Below, piece by piece: positions 1 to 7,470 of a DNA stretch of 13,686 nucleotides. The DNA is from an uncultured bacterium (GTDB taxonomy: Bacteria > JAJVIF01 > JAPKYR01): assembly GCA_965369865.1 (NCBI GenBank), contig CBDURU010000094.1, forward strand, positions 1-13,686, read 5' to 3'. A program made the translations under genes and the position numbers. The notes under the pieces were generated by a model. The model did no database searches and was not told the origin of the DNA. It was given only the letters and a program-made list of their open reading frames with translations. Within the stretch, counting starts at the first letter, position 1, and each line of letters starts with the position of its first letter.

Positions 1-12
1 AACAGTCAGGTT

Positions 13-180
13 AAAGGAACCGCCACTTTTTTCAACTAAATTCGGGACTATCTCCTAAATAAATGATTCACGGCGAAAAGAGATGTCCCCTAAATGATTG
101 ATATACGGCGACAAGCACGTTCGACCCGGAGAATTTCGAGGCTTGGGGGATGGAGATGTCTCACTCAGCGTGTCGCCGCC
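13..180. repeat. Cluster of imperfect palindromic (GGGGACA-type, REP-like) motifs
   Basis: GGGACTATCTC (44-54) is nearly the reverse complement of GAGATGTCCC (80-89). CGGCGACAAGC (106-116) pairs 10/11 with GCGTGTCGCCG (168-178). AAATTCGGGAC (38-48) nearly matches AAATTCGGGGAC at 3031. Confidence 0.45.
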
Positions 181-309
181 ACGCGTTTTTACCCGTTGTT
201 GGATCTCTTTAAAGTCTTTGAAATACCAGGCAGGATGAAGCTCCACTATTAACCCGATTATAAAATTTCCATTTTATGCATACCTTGCCTCCCATTTACA
301 TGATATTAT

Positions 310-336
310 TATAGAAGCAGGGACGGGGAACGATAT
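310..336 (+). promoter_or_regulatory. Putative sigma28 (FliA/SigD) promoter of the flagellin gene
   Basis: TATA(310-313)-N15-AACGATAT(329-336) versus consensus TAAA-N15-GCCGATAA/T. It lies about 70 nt upstream of a flagellin, the classic sigma28 target. Confidence 0.5.
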
Positions 337-345
337 CTCGGGGTG

Positions 346-402
346 GACGGCTGGAAGGATCCGGCTGTTTGAAGGCGCGTCCTTCTCGACTGACACGGAG
401 GC
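346..402 (+). promoter_or_regulatory. Flagellin 5' leader with two putative CsrA-binding sites
   Basis: Hairpin ACGGCTGGA-[AGGA]-TCCGGCTGT (347-368) presents GGA in the loop. A second site, ACACGGAGG (393-401), overlaps the Shine-Dalgarno. The arrangement resembles the B. subtilis hag leader. Confidence 0.55.
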
Positions 403-408
403 CTGAGA

Positions 409-1224
409 ATGAACATCAATACAATGACCGGGATCCTGGGCAACATCCTTCTCAATGAATTGAACCAGTCGAATGCCAAGATTCTCCAGGCATTTACACG
501 GTTATCGACAGGCAGGCGAATCAACAGCGCATCGGACGACGCGGCGGGCCTTGCGATCGCCACGCGCCTGGAATCCCAGGTGCGCGGACTTGCCATGGCT
601 GAACGCAACGCCCAGATGGGGATCAGCCAGATCCAGGTGGCGGAAGGTTATCTAGGCGGGGTGACGGAAGACGTCCAGAGAATTCGTGAGCTGAGTGTCC
701 AGGCGGCAAACGGCACGCTGAACCAGGCCGACCGGGAGGCAATCCAGGCGGAAATCAACGAGCTCAGGGAAAATATCGATTTCGCATTTTCAACGGCTGA
801 ATTTAATACAAAGCCCCTGTTCTCGGGAACTACCGAAACCTACCAGATCGGCGCGGACGCATCGGGCCAGATGACCGTGAACTTCCCGGCGATGTCGTCG
901 GAATCACTCGGACTTGGAGCGATTGATGTTACAACGCAGGAAGGGGCGCAAAACGCTATCACGCAGGCCGGGGATGCGCTCGACAGTGTGCTAAGAGTGC
1001 GCACCGATTTCGGCGCGTCTCAGAACCGTCTTGAATCGGCCATTAACTCACTTTCACGAACTCGAATCGACACCATGTCGGCACTCTCGGAGATAATGGA
1101 TGCCAATATGGTCGAGGAAATAATGAATTCCATGCAGGCTATTAACACTCTCCAGAGCCAGATATTGCTGGCAGGCCAGGTCAATAAACTGGGAGCAGGG
1201 TTACTTCCATCGTTGCTTGGATGA
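409..1224 (+). CDS. fliC: Flagellin (compact, 271 aa, little or no D2/D3 domain)
   Basis: Flagellin N-terminal motifs RLSTGRRINSASDDAAGLAIA, NAQMGISQIQVAEG, QRIRELSVQAANGT and FNTKPLF. C-terminal motifs RTDFGASQNRLE and SEIMDANM. GGAGG RBS at 397-401. Confidence 0.93.
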   Translation: MNINTMTGILGNILLNELNQSNAKILQAFTRLSTGRRINSASDDAAGLAIATRLESQVRGLAMAERNAQMGISQIQVAEGYLGGVTEDVQRIRELSVQAANGTLNQADREAIQAEINELRENIDFAFSTAEFNTKPLFSGTTETYQIGADASGQMTVNFPAMSSESLGLGAIDVTTQEGAQNAITQAGDALDSVLRVRTDFGASQNRLESAINSLSRTRIDTMSALSEIMDANMVEEIMNSMQAINTLQSQILLAGQVNKLGAGLLPSLLG

Positions 1225-1245
1225 TACTAATAGTGGTTAACAAAA

Positions 1246-2259
1246 GTGGTTGAAGGAAAGAAAAAATCGGGATTCAGGCGATCCTCATTCTCGTGGTACG
1301 ATCCCACCGACTGGGGCTACAAACCATCCACCGAGTTCAGGTTCACGGTCAAGATGATCCCTCTCGTCATTGTCATGATCCTGGGCTTCTCGCTTGGTCT
1401 TTCGAACCCGATCTCATTTGCCGGCATCGGGCGTCGGATCATCAACGATCGTGCCGGTGATTACAAAAGCAAACTGCGGGACGCGTACTCGCTGATCGTT
1501 TCCAGAGATTACAACCAGGCTGCGGTCCTGGCGGGAGAGGTTGCGCAGATCGATCCGGAGAACGTTCTCGCGCACCATATTCTCGGACTTGCCCACGCGC
1601 GCCGGGGTTTAACCGAGGAGGCATCGGCGAGTCTGAACCGTGCGGTCGAACTCGATCCTGAATTCACGATGGCCTGGTACAACCTCGGAGTCGTAGAGGA
1701 AAGCCGGGGGGAATTCGTGCTCGCGATGGAAGCATACCTGGCTGCCAAAGAGCTTGAGCCGGACAATGAAATTTACTCGAATGCGTACGACAGCATGAAT
1801 GAAATCGTGCTTAACGGTAGCAACTGGGATTTCCGGGAAACAGAATTCGAACGGATATTCCTGATGGCCGTGAGTGCGGCGAACCGTGGCGGCGAAGAGG
1901 ATCTCAGCTTTGCGGAGAACATCTTCCGCATGCTGCTTTTGGATCGACCCTATGATGTCGCCAGTATGAATATGCTTGGATTCACACTCGCGCGCGAGGG
2001 GCGTCACGACGAGGCGGAGGAGGTTCTGATCAGGGTTATTGAGATCGAACCGGGATACTCCGATGCGTGGTTTAACCTCGGGATGCTGCACGAGTCAATG
2101 GGCCGTTTCGAGGAAGCCCTGGTTGATTTCGAGACCGCACATCATACAAGTTCGCTCGGGAGTTTCCGCAAGATCGCGATGGTGGAAGCGGATCGTGTGA
2201 GGGAATTGCTGATATCCGAGACAATTATCACCCCATCGGGTTATAATAACAGCCAGTAA
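1246..2259 (+). CDS. Membrane-anchored tetratricopeptide-repeat (TPR) protein
   Basis: Multiple TPR signatures (AHHILGLAHARRG...AVELDPEFTMAWYNLG; MNMLGFTLAREG...IEPGYSDAWFNLG) and an N-terminal hydrophobic segment MIPLVIVMILGFSLGL. The start is uncertain (GTG 1246 or ATG 1354). Confidence 0.85.
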   Translation: MVEGKKKSGFRRSSFSWYDPTDWGYKPSTEFRFTVKMIPLVIVMILGFSLGLSNPISFAGIGRRIINDRAGDYKSKLRDAYSLIVSRDYNQAAVLAGEVAQIDPENVLAHHILGLAHARRGLTEEASASLNRAVELDPEFTMAWYNLGVVEESRGEFVLAMEAYLAAKELEPDNEIYSNAYDSMNEIVLNGSNWDFRETEFERIFLMAVSAANRGGEEDLSFAENIFRMLLLDRPYDVASMNMLGFTLAREGRHDEAEEVLIRVIEIEPGYSDAWFNLGMLHESMGRFEEALVDFETAHHTSSLGSFRKIAMVEADRVRELLISETIITPSGYNNSQ

Positions 2260-2320
2260 ACTACTGCTGAGTATTTTTAAATTTAAGTCTCAATTTCTGT
2301 TTCAAATTGAGTGAGGCCCG

Positions 2321-2461
2321 ATGAAATCCACTAATGAGATAAAGCCGCCAATCAGGTACGTACTTGGAATCCTGACCGGGATTTTTTCAGGGATTTTATT
2401 CACCGCCCTGACAATGGGCGCATTGAAGCTCGGGGATTTGATAGTGGGCCTGATTAAATAA
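2321..2461 (+). CDS. Small hypothetical membrane protein (46 aa)
   Basis: Manual translation gives MKSTNEIKPPIRYVLGILTGIFSGILFTALTMGALKLGDLIVGLIK*. GTGAGG RBS at 2311-2316, a long hydrophobic Gly-rich segment, and the same strand as its neighbours. Confidence 0.55.
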   Translation: MKSTNEIKPPIRYVLGILTGIFSGILFTALTMGALKLGDLIVGLIK

Positions 2462-2551
2462 ATTTCCTGAAGTTTAATAATCAGGTTTGTATCGGAGCCG
2501 TGAGCGTCAGTGAGAGGTTAATAATTAATCAGCCTGGAAGAGGATTTATAA

Positions 2552-3013
2552 ATGACATCAGAAAAACCAATCATTTTATTAATTCACGGACCCAATCTCG
2601 GCGCACTGGGACGTAGGGAACCGAGCATTTACGGATTCGATTCGCTCCAGGACATCGAGGACCTGATAATTACACTTGCATCGGGCCTTAATATCGAAGT
2701 CAAATGTTTCCAGTCGAATCATGAGGGAGAAATAATCGACTATCTTTTTGAACACGGCGAGAAGTCGAACGGGATAATAATCAATCCGGGTGCGCTCGCG
2801 CATTATTCAATAGCACTCGCAGATTGCCTGAGGAGCCTGCCGTGCGCGAAAGTGGAAGTTCATTTATCGAATTTATTCAAGCGTGAGAAGATCCGTCAGA
2901 GTCCGGTAACCGCGTCGGCATGCGACGGTGTGATAATGGGGATGGGCAAGTCGGGATACCATGGCGCGCTGGGATTTCTGGTGGAGCATATGGATCTGGC
3001 AGGGATTGAGTAG
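2552..3013 (+). CDS. aroQ: Type II 3-dehydroquinate dehydratase
   Basis: Signature motifs HGPNLGALGRREPSIYG, FQSNHEGEIID, IINPGA..H.S.AL.D and VEVHLSN. Length 153 aa. GAGGA RBS upstream. Confidence 0.95.
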   Translation: MTSEKPIILLIHGPNLGALGRREPSIYGFDSLQDIEDLIITLASGLNIEVKCFQSNHEGEIIDYLFEHGEKSNGIIINPGALAHYSIALADCLRSLPCAKVEVHLSNLFKREKIRQSPVTASACDGVIMGMGKSGYHGALGFLVEHMDLAGIE

Positions 3014-3030
3014 CAACTAAAGAAAATAAT

Positions 3031-3117
3031 AAATTCGGGGACAAGGCATTTTTCCCTTGATATGCTTTGGTAAAGTCAGGTTTATCACTGGAGAAAAATG
3101 GCATGTCCCCGTGATTT
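3031..3117. repeat. Imperfect inverted repeat between convergent genes (GGGGACA-type REPIN-like element / possible bidirectional terminator)
   Basis: AAATTCGGGGACAAGGCATTTTTC (3031-3054) versus GAAAAATGGCATGTCCCCGTGATTT (3093-3117), whose reverse complement is AAATCACGGGGACATGCCATTTTTC. Spacer about 38 nt. Confidence 0.6.
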
Positions 3118-3141
3118 GTATAATTTCAAGTAGAATTGGTC

Positions 3142-6100
3142 TCAATCATCTGGATCATCCCAGAAGGTGATTAAATAATCTCCTCCAACGAAGACCATAT
3201 ATTCATCAACGAATGAAATTCCGCTTCTGGAGAAGCCATCCGGTGTGTCAATCATGTGCACCTGGCTGCCGTTGTTTGTGTCGAGGAAATAAATCTGCCC
3301 ATTGTTCCTGAGTGGAACCACAACGAGGCCGTCGGGATAACTTGAATTAGCCATGACCGTGCATGTAGCGTCGAAGTAACCTGTTACGGCCTGCCATTTA
3401 TTTGAAGCGTAAGAACCGTTATCAGTAACCGCGCAGACCTGACTGGCGTAATTTGCGGACACAACAAAAATGTCATCCCCGAATTTTGTGGGACCGCCAA
3501 CGGGAATACCGTTGATGGGAAGAGCCCAGTCCCAGATCTGGTCGCCCGCCGAGTAGCCCGACTCACCATCGAGCGCGTAGCAAAGCAGGTGGGTAGTTCC
3601 CGAGGTTGTCGGGAAACAGGCTAAATAAGCCCGAGTGCCGTCGATGCATGGTGTATTCCAGTGCGAGGTGTCATAAAAAATATCTTCCGAAAATTCAACA
3701 TTACCGGTGGTTAGATCAACAGCTTCAAAGTAGGTTGTATAGTTGGCTTTTGAGTAGATGTAAGCAATCCCGTCAGAAACCGCGAGCCCGGATTCACCGG
3801 CGCCGGTAAGAGTGACAGGCGGATCGAAAACAAGGCTGCCGTCGGTGACGTCAATGACATACAATGCCGCTTTATTGCTTCCCCTGGCAACGAGGTTGCC
3901 ATTGGAAATTACGAATGGGGTGCTTGCCCAGTGAACGTAGTCGGGAATGGCAGTATCATCATCGTAGGTCCATAATGCATCCGAAATTGTCTTTGGACCC
4001 AGTGAAGTAGCGTCGAAACAGTAAATCTTGTCCGACCCGATCACAATGTATTCATTTCCGCTTGTGTCCTTGTAATAAGCCAGACCGGAACTGATTCGAC
4101 CACCGGGCGAAAGGGCTGTCGTGGCATGGAACCTGTAATCCCCGGTTAGAAGGTCGTAGCAGTAAAGGTAAGGAATTGAAGAATAGGCATACCATCCGGT
4201 GTAGCTGACGAAGAAAATCTTGTCGCCTGCAACAATCGGTGTGCAGTGGCTTCGGTTTGCACTGCCGTTAGGCGCAGGCGTCAGCCATAACGAAACCATG
4301 TCCGTGGGATCCGGTGTGGCTGCGGTCGGGTTATAGCCAGACTGCTCAGTGTTGTATTTATGGTTTTCCCACCAGATCGGATCAGTGAAAGGAATGGTGA
4401 TTTCAAACCCATCGGTCAACTGGCTTTCACAACTGGAATTGGTAACCACAACGTGATAGGTGCCTTGTTCGGCATTTACCGGGTCGGCACCGGACAGGTC
4501 AAAATCACAGTCGATCTGGGTGCTCCCAGTAACAACCACATTGTCCGCATATATTACTACAGTGTCATCATCGTTTTTAACAAGGCTGACCTGGGACGAT
4601 GAATCAAAATAGTCACCAGTGAGTACTGCGGGTACGATTGTATCTATTAAACCGGAATCAGGCACGATGTCGGATATTTCAGGTGGTGAGCTGATGACGA
4701 TCACGAGGAATTCGTCGAGAGTATCGGTTTCGCCTTCATCATCGGTTACCCTGAGATCGACATTATAAGTTCCGGCGGATGTGAAAATCTTTGTGGGATT
4801 GTCATCGGTTCCGGAATCGTATGGGTCGCCGAAAAAGCCGTCACCATTGAAATCCCATTCGTACATGACGATACTGTCGCCGCCTTCATCCTGATCTTCA
4901 GAACACAATCCGCTGAATTCGACAGGATCGCCGGTACAGAATGGCGGGGCGGTTTCAATTGTCGCGCAGGCTAAAGGAGGTTTTAACTGAGGCCCGGATG
5001 AAACATCCGCTGAATATCTGAAAACCGCATGACAGGGGTCGGGCGGGTGTGGAATTTCCGGCAGGTCGTTATCATAGTCATGGGCTTCATATTCGGCTAT
5101 TATCCACACATCATGGCTGTCGCCATTGTTTAAAGGTGCTGCAGGAATATCGACATGCCATGTCGAATAATACTCACCTCCGGGACTTGCGTCGGTTTCA
5201 AAATCTAAGGTCTCCAGGCCTGAGAGCATTGAGGATTCAATAGTTACGGTTGACGGCTGGTATTCCCATGCGAACAGGTCGATGTCCAGGATCAGGTTAC
5301 CGCCAGAGGAGCCGTCCGATGCGTCGTACCATACATCCGGCGTCTGGGTAGCGGATGCCGCGAGAGCTTCCATACGGTGTACTGGATAATACGGTCCTGT
5401 CGGTCCCTGCTCCTCCCATTCCACGACAATCGCGTACCCGAACTTAAGACCAATGCCTTGCGGGAATAACGGGAATTCGAGTTCCATAGTCCTGCCGGAA
5501 CCGCTTTCAAAAAATCCGTCCCAGTTATTGTCACCGGTAAGGTAATTCCAGAGATCATCGTCCTTGCCAAGATGTTTCGAGTAATATTTGTATGGATTAA
5601 GAGTCGCGTCGCCTTTCAGGTTCTGCCAGCCTCCGGGAGCCCAGCCGAAAATCAACTCGGTTGTGAATTCAGATGGATTGAACCAGCGCGTGTAACCGTC
5701 GGGATTTTTCATCCAGAGATCGGTTCCGTGCTCACCGGTCCTGAGCCCGTTGTATTCCATCAGGTGGGCGCCATCGCCAATTATCACACCGATCAGGTCG
5801 TACGCATCGTACTGCTGTATCCCCGGGAATGGGTGATGGACCGTAAATTCAACGTCCACGCCAAGGAACGTAGGATCATCATCATGAATAATAATCGAAC
5901 CGAATGTGATCCCGTTCATGGGAACCGTCATCTGATTGAGAAACGGCACGATATTCAGTGTGAAAGCCGCAGTACGATCCTCAACAGCCTCGAAAGTATT
6001 CTCGGCGAAATCATAATAAATGTCGTAGTAACCAAGAAGGTGCGTGTTGGCCGATTGTGCGGGATGATCCGGGGCAGGGGTTAAGTCCGGGACGTTTTCA

Positions 6101-6201
6101 GCGTCCGGGATTACGGGTGAACCGTTTCCACCGGAACATCCAAACCCGATTACGAATGCGACTGCAATCAGCAGCGTAAAGAACTGGAACCTGTTATTCA
6201 T
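3142..6201 (-). CDS. Large surface lipoprotein: uncharacterised N-terminal domain + PKD domain + IPT/TIG-like domain + PQQ/BamB-like beta-propeller
   Basis: Lipobox-type signal peptide (…VIGFG-C). PKD motif VEFSG..S.D.D…YEWDFNGDG…AGTYNVDLRVTDDEG. IPT-like PEISDIVPDSG…LTGDYF…GTYHVVVTN. Propeller repeats TPIVAGDKIF/LYCYDLLTG/AVDLTTGNVEF/QIWDW. GGAGG RBS upstream. Confidence 0.8.
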   Translation of the reverse strand: MNNRFQFFTLLIAVAFVIGFGCSGGNGSPVIPDAENVPDLTPAPDHPAQSANTHLLGYYDIYYDFAENTFEAVEDRTAAFTLNIVPFLNQMTVPMNGITFGSIIIHDDDPTFLGVDVEFTVHHPFPGIQQYDAYDLIGVIIGDGAHLMEYNGLRTGEHGTDLWMKNPDGYTRWFNPSEFTTELIFGWAPGGWQNLKGDATLNPYKYYSKHLGKDDDLWNYLTGDNNWDGFFESGSGRTMELEFPLFPQGIGLKFGYAIVVEWEEQGPTGPYYPVHRMEALAASATQTPDVWYDASDGSSGGNLILDIDLFAWEYQPSTVTIESSMLSGLETLDFETDASPGGEYYSTWHVDIPAAPLNNGDSHDVWIIAEYEAHDYDNDLPEIPHPPDPCHAVFRYSADVSSGPQLKPPLACATIETAPPFCTGDPVEFSGLCSEDQDEGGDSIVMYEWDFNGDGFFGDPYDSGTDDNPTKIFTSAGTYNVDLRVTDDEGETDTLDEFLVIVISSPPEISDIVPDSGLIDTIVPAVLTGDYFDSSSQVSLVKNDDDTVVIYADNVVVTGSTQIDCDFDLSGADPVNAEQGTYHVVVTNSSCESQLTDGFEITIPFTDPIWWENHKYNTEQSGYNPTAATPDPTDMVSLWLTPAPNGSANRSHCTPIVAGDKIFFVSYTGWYAYSSIPYLYCYDLLTGDYRFHATTALSPGGRISSGLAYYKDTSGNEYIVIGSDKIYCFDATSLGPKTISDALWTYDDDTAIPDYVHWASTPFVISNGNLVARGSNKAALYVIDVTDGSLVFDPPVTLTGAGESGLAVSDGIAYIYSKANYTTYFEAVDLTTGNVEFSEDIFYDTSHWNTPCIDGTRAYLACFPTTSGTTHLLCYALDGESGYSAGDQIWDWALPINGIPVGGPTKFGDDIFVVSANYASQVCAVTDNGSYASNKWQAVTGYFDATCTVMANSSYPDGLVVVPLRNNGQIYFLDTNNGSQVHMIDTPDGFSRSGISFVDEYMVFVGGDYLITFWDDPDD

Positions 6202-6255
6202 GAGAAACCTCCCCAGGGATAGTAGTAACGTATGGAATTCGAAATGCTATAAGAA

Positions 6256-6284
6256 ATAATACGAAATAATTGACATAAGTACAA
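6256..6284 (-). promoter_or_regulatory. Putative sigma70 promoter for the 1019-aa lipoprotein
   Basis: Minus strand reads TTGTAC (6284-6279)-N17-TATTAT (6261-6256), about 55 nt upstream of the ATG. Confidence 0.55.
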
Positions 6285-6305
6285 GAGAAATGACCGGAGT
6301 GTAAT

Positions 6306-6341
6306 AGACAAAGCGGCGCGAGAGAGACTGGCCGCGCCGTT
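6306..6341 (-). terminator. Possible intrinsic terminator downstream of the STAS gene
   Basis: GC-rich stem GCGGCGCG (6313-6320)/CGCGCCGT (6333-6340), followed on the minus strand by TTTGTCT (weak U-tract). Confidence 0.35.
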
Positions 6342-6399
6342 CAGGGAAGAGTTTCTATGGGGAGCTGATGGGTTCTTTGTGAAAGAGATGAAGATTAGT

Positions 6400-6726
6400 T
6401 TATATCATCAGCATCCCTTCAAGTCCTGAGAGGGAAAAAAGCCGGGACTGCATCTCGGAAAGCCCGCTGATTTTTAATTCCATGCCTTTCTCGTGCAACT
6501 CGTTACCCCATTGCAACAGGTAATGAAGGCCAGAGATACTGAGGTATGAACACATCGACATGTCAAGAACAACAAGCCGGGCGTTTTTTAATTCGGCGAG
6601 TATAGTCAGCCTTAAGAAAGCATTCCCGGATTTGTAAGTGCACTCATCATATATCCATTTCAAAATAGCGTAGGACGCTAATTTTTCATCAGGTCGATTA
6701 ATATTTACTGTCTTTAAAGATTTCAT
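6400..6726 (-). CDS. STAS-domain protein (anti-sigma-factor-antagonist-like), ~108 aa
   Basis: STAS-like motifs LVVLDMSMCSYLSISGL…L…KGMELKISGLS…RLFSLSGL. The probable start is ATG at 6726 with a GGTGAG RBS; the ORF track extends to 6765. Confidence 0.72.
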   Translation of the reverse strand: MKSLKTVNINRPDEKLASYAILKWIYDECTYKSGNAFLRLTILAELKNARLVVLDMSMCSYLSISGLHYLLQWGNELHEKGMELKISGLSEMQSRLFSLSGLEGMLMI

Positions 6727-6862
6727 AAAACTCACCCATGGTATAGAATATCGGCCGGGGCGCAAAATTCTTTAGCATATAAATTATTAACTATGACTAA
6801 GTAATATTAATATTGATAAAACTAATTTAAGTTTTTATTGAAAAAGGGTGAAATGTTATGCC

Positions 6863-6891
6863 TTGACCATGGATAATTGAAATGGTAGATT
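6863..6891 (+). promoter_or_regulatory. sigma70 promoter of the tRNA gene
   Basis: TTGACC (6863-6868)-N17-TAGATT (6886-6891) with an extended -10 TG at 6883-6884, an AT-rich upstream region and a GC-rich discriminator. This is typical of stable-RNA promoters. Confidence 0.75.
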
Positions 6892-6901
6892 AACGGGTCG
6901 C

Positions 6902-6978
6902 GGCGGTGTAGCTCAGTTGGTTAGAGCACTCGGCTCATACCCGGGGCGTCACTGGTTCAACTCCAGTCACCGCCACCA
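6902..6978 (+). tRNA. tRNA-Met (CAT), elongator type
   Basis: 77 nt. Acceptor stem GGCGGTG/CACCGCC, D-arm GCTC-AGTTGGTTA-GAGC, anticodon arm CTCGG-CTCATAC-CCGGG, T-arm ACTGG-TTCAACT-CCAGT, encoded ACCA end. The paired G1-C72 and absence of three consecutive G-C pairs argue against initiator tRNA. tRNA-Ile2 is less likely but not excluded. Confidence 0.93.
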
Positions 6979-6992
6979 TCCCACCCGAAAGG

Positions 6993-7030
6993 AAAAGACC
7001 CTCCGGATTAACAACCGGGGGTTTTTTTGT
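6993..7030 (+). terminator. Intrinsic terminator of the tRNA transcript
   Basis: Hairpin CCTCCGG-ATTAACAA-CCGGGGG (7000-7021) followed by TTTTTTTGT, with an A-run on the 5' side. Confidence 0.75.
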
Positions 7031-7470
7031 TTTATTTAATAATCAAGCTCCATAACATTTAGATTAAATGGGGCGCTTTCTGGTTTAGACCTCTATTCAC
7101 CATCCCCCCAGCGGGGGGATTATAGGGGGGGTCTTTTTGTTTTATTTAATAATCAAGCTCCATAACATTTAGATTAACTGGGGCGCTTTCTGGTTTAGAC
7201 CTATATTCACCATCCCCCCAGCGGGGGGATTATAGGGGGGGGCTTTTTGTTTTATTTAATAATCAAGCTCCATAACATTTAGATTAACTGGGGCGCATTC
7301 TGGTTTGGACCTATATTCACCATCCCCCCAGCGGGGGGATTATAGGGGGGTTTTTTTTGTTTTATTTAATAATCAAGCTCCATAACATTTAGATTAACTG
7401 GGGCGCTTTCTGGTTTAGACCTATATTCACCATCCCCCCAGCGGGGGGATTACAGGGGGGGTCTTTTTGT
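7031..7470. repeat. Non-coding tandem array: 4 x 110-bp near-identical units
   Basis: The unit start TTTATTTAATAATCAAGCTCC recurs at 7031, 7141, 7251 and 7361 (exact 110-nt period), with only a few substitutions between copies. Each unit holds the hairpin ATCCCCCC-AGC-GGGGGGAT, a second G6-8 run and a T-tract. Confidence 0.97.

Noticed and set aside
1..39. Possible 3' end of an upstream CDS (NSQVKGTATFFN*)
   Set aside because: Only 12 codons are visible and they overlap repeat-like motifs, so it cannot be supported.
55..246. 63-aa minus-strand ORF
   Set aside because: No recognisable motif or RBS, and it runs through the palindromic repeat cluster. Likely spurious.
6270..6298. Plus-strand TTGACA as a -35 box
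   Set aside because: No -10 hexamer at 16-18 nt spacing (ACCGGA at 17) and no plus-strand gene downstream.
7119..7156. Minus-strand TATAAT in repeat copies 1-3 as a repeated antisense promoter
   Set aside because: The -10 hexamer is perfect, but the hexamer 17 nt upstream is AAATAA, the nearest TTGATT is 26 nt away, and there is no extended -10 TG.
7031..7470. CRISPR array interpretation of the 110-bp repeats
   Set aside because: The whole unit is repeated with no unique spacers, and there are no cas genes in the window.
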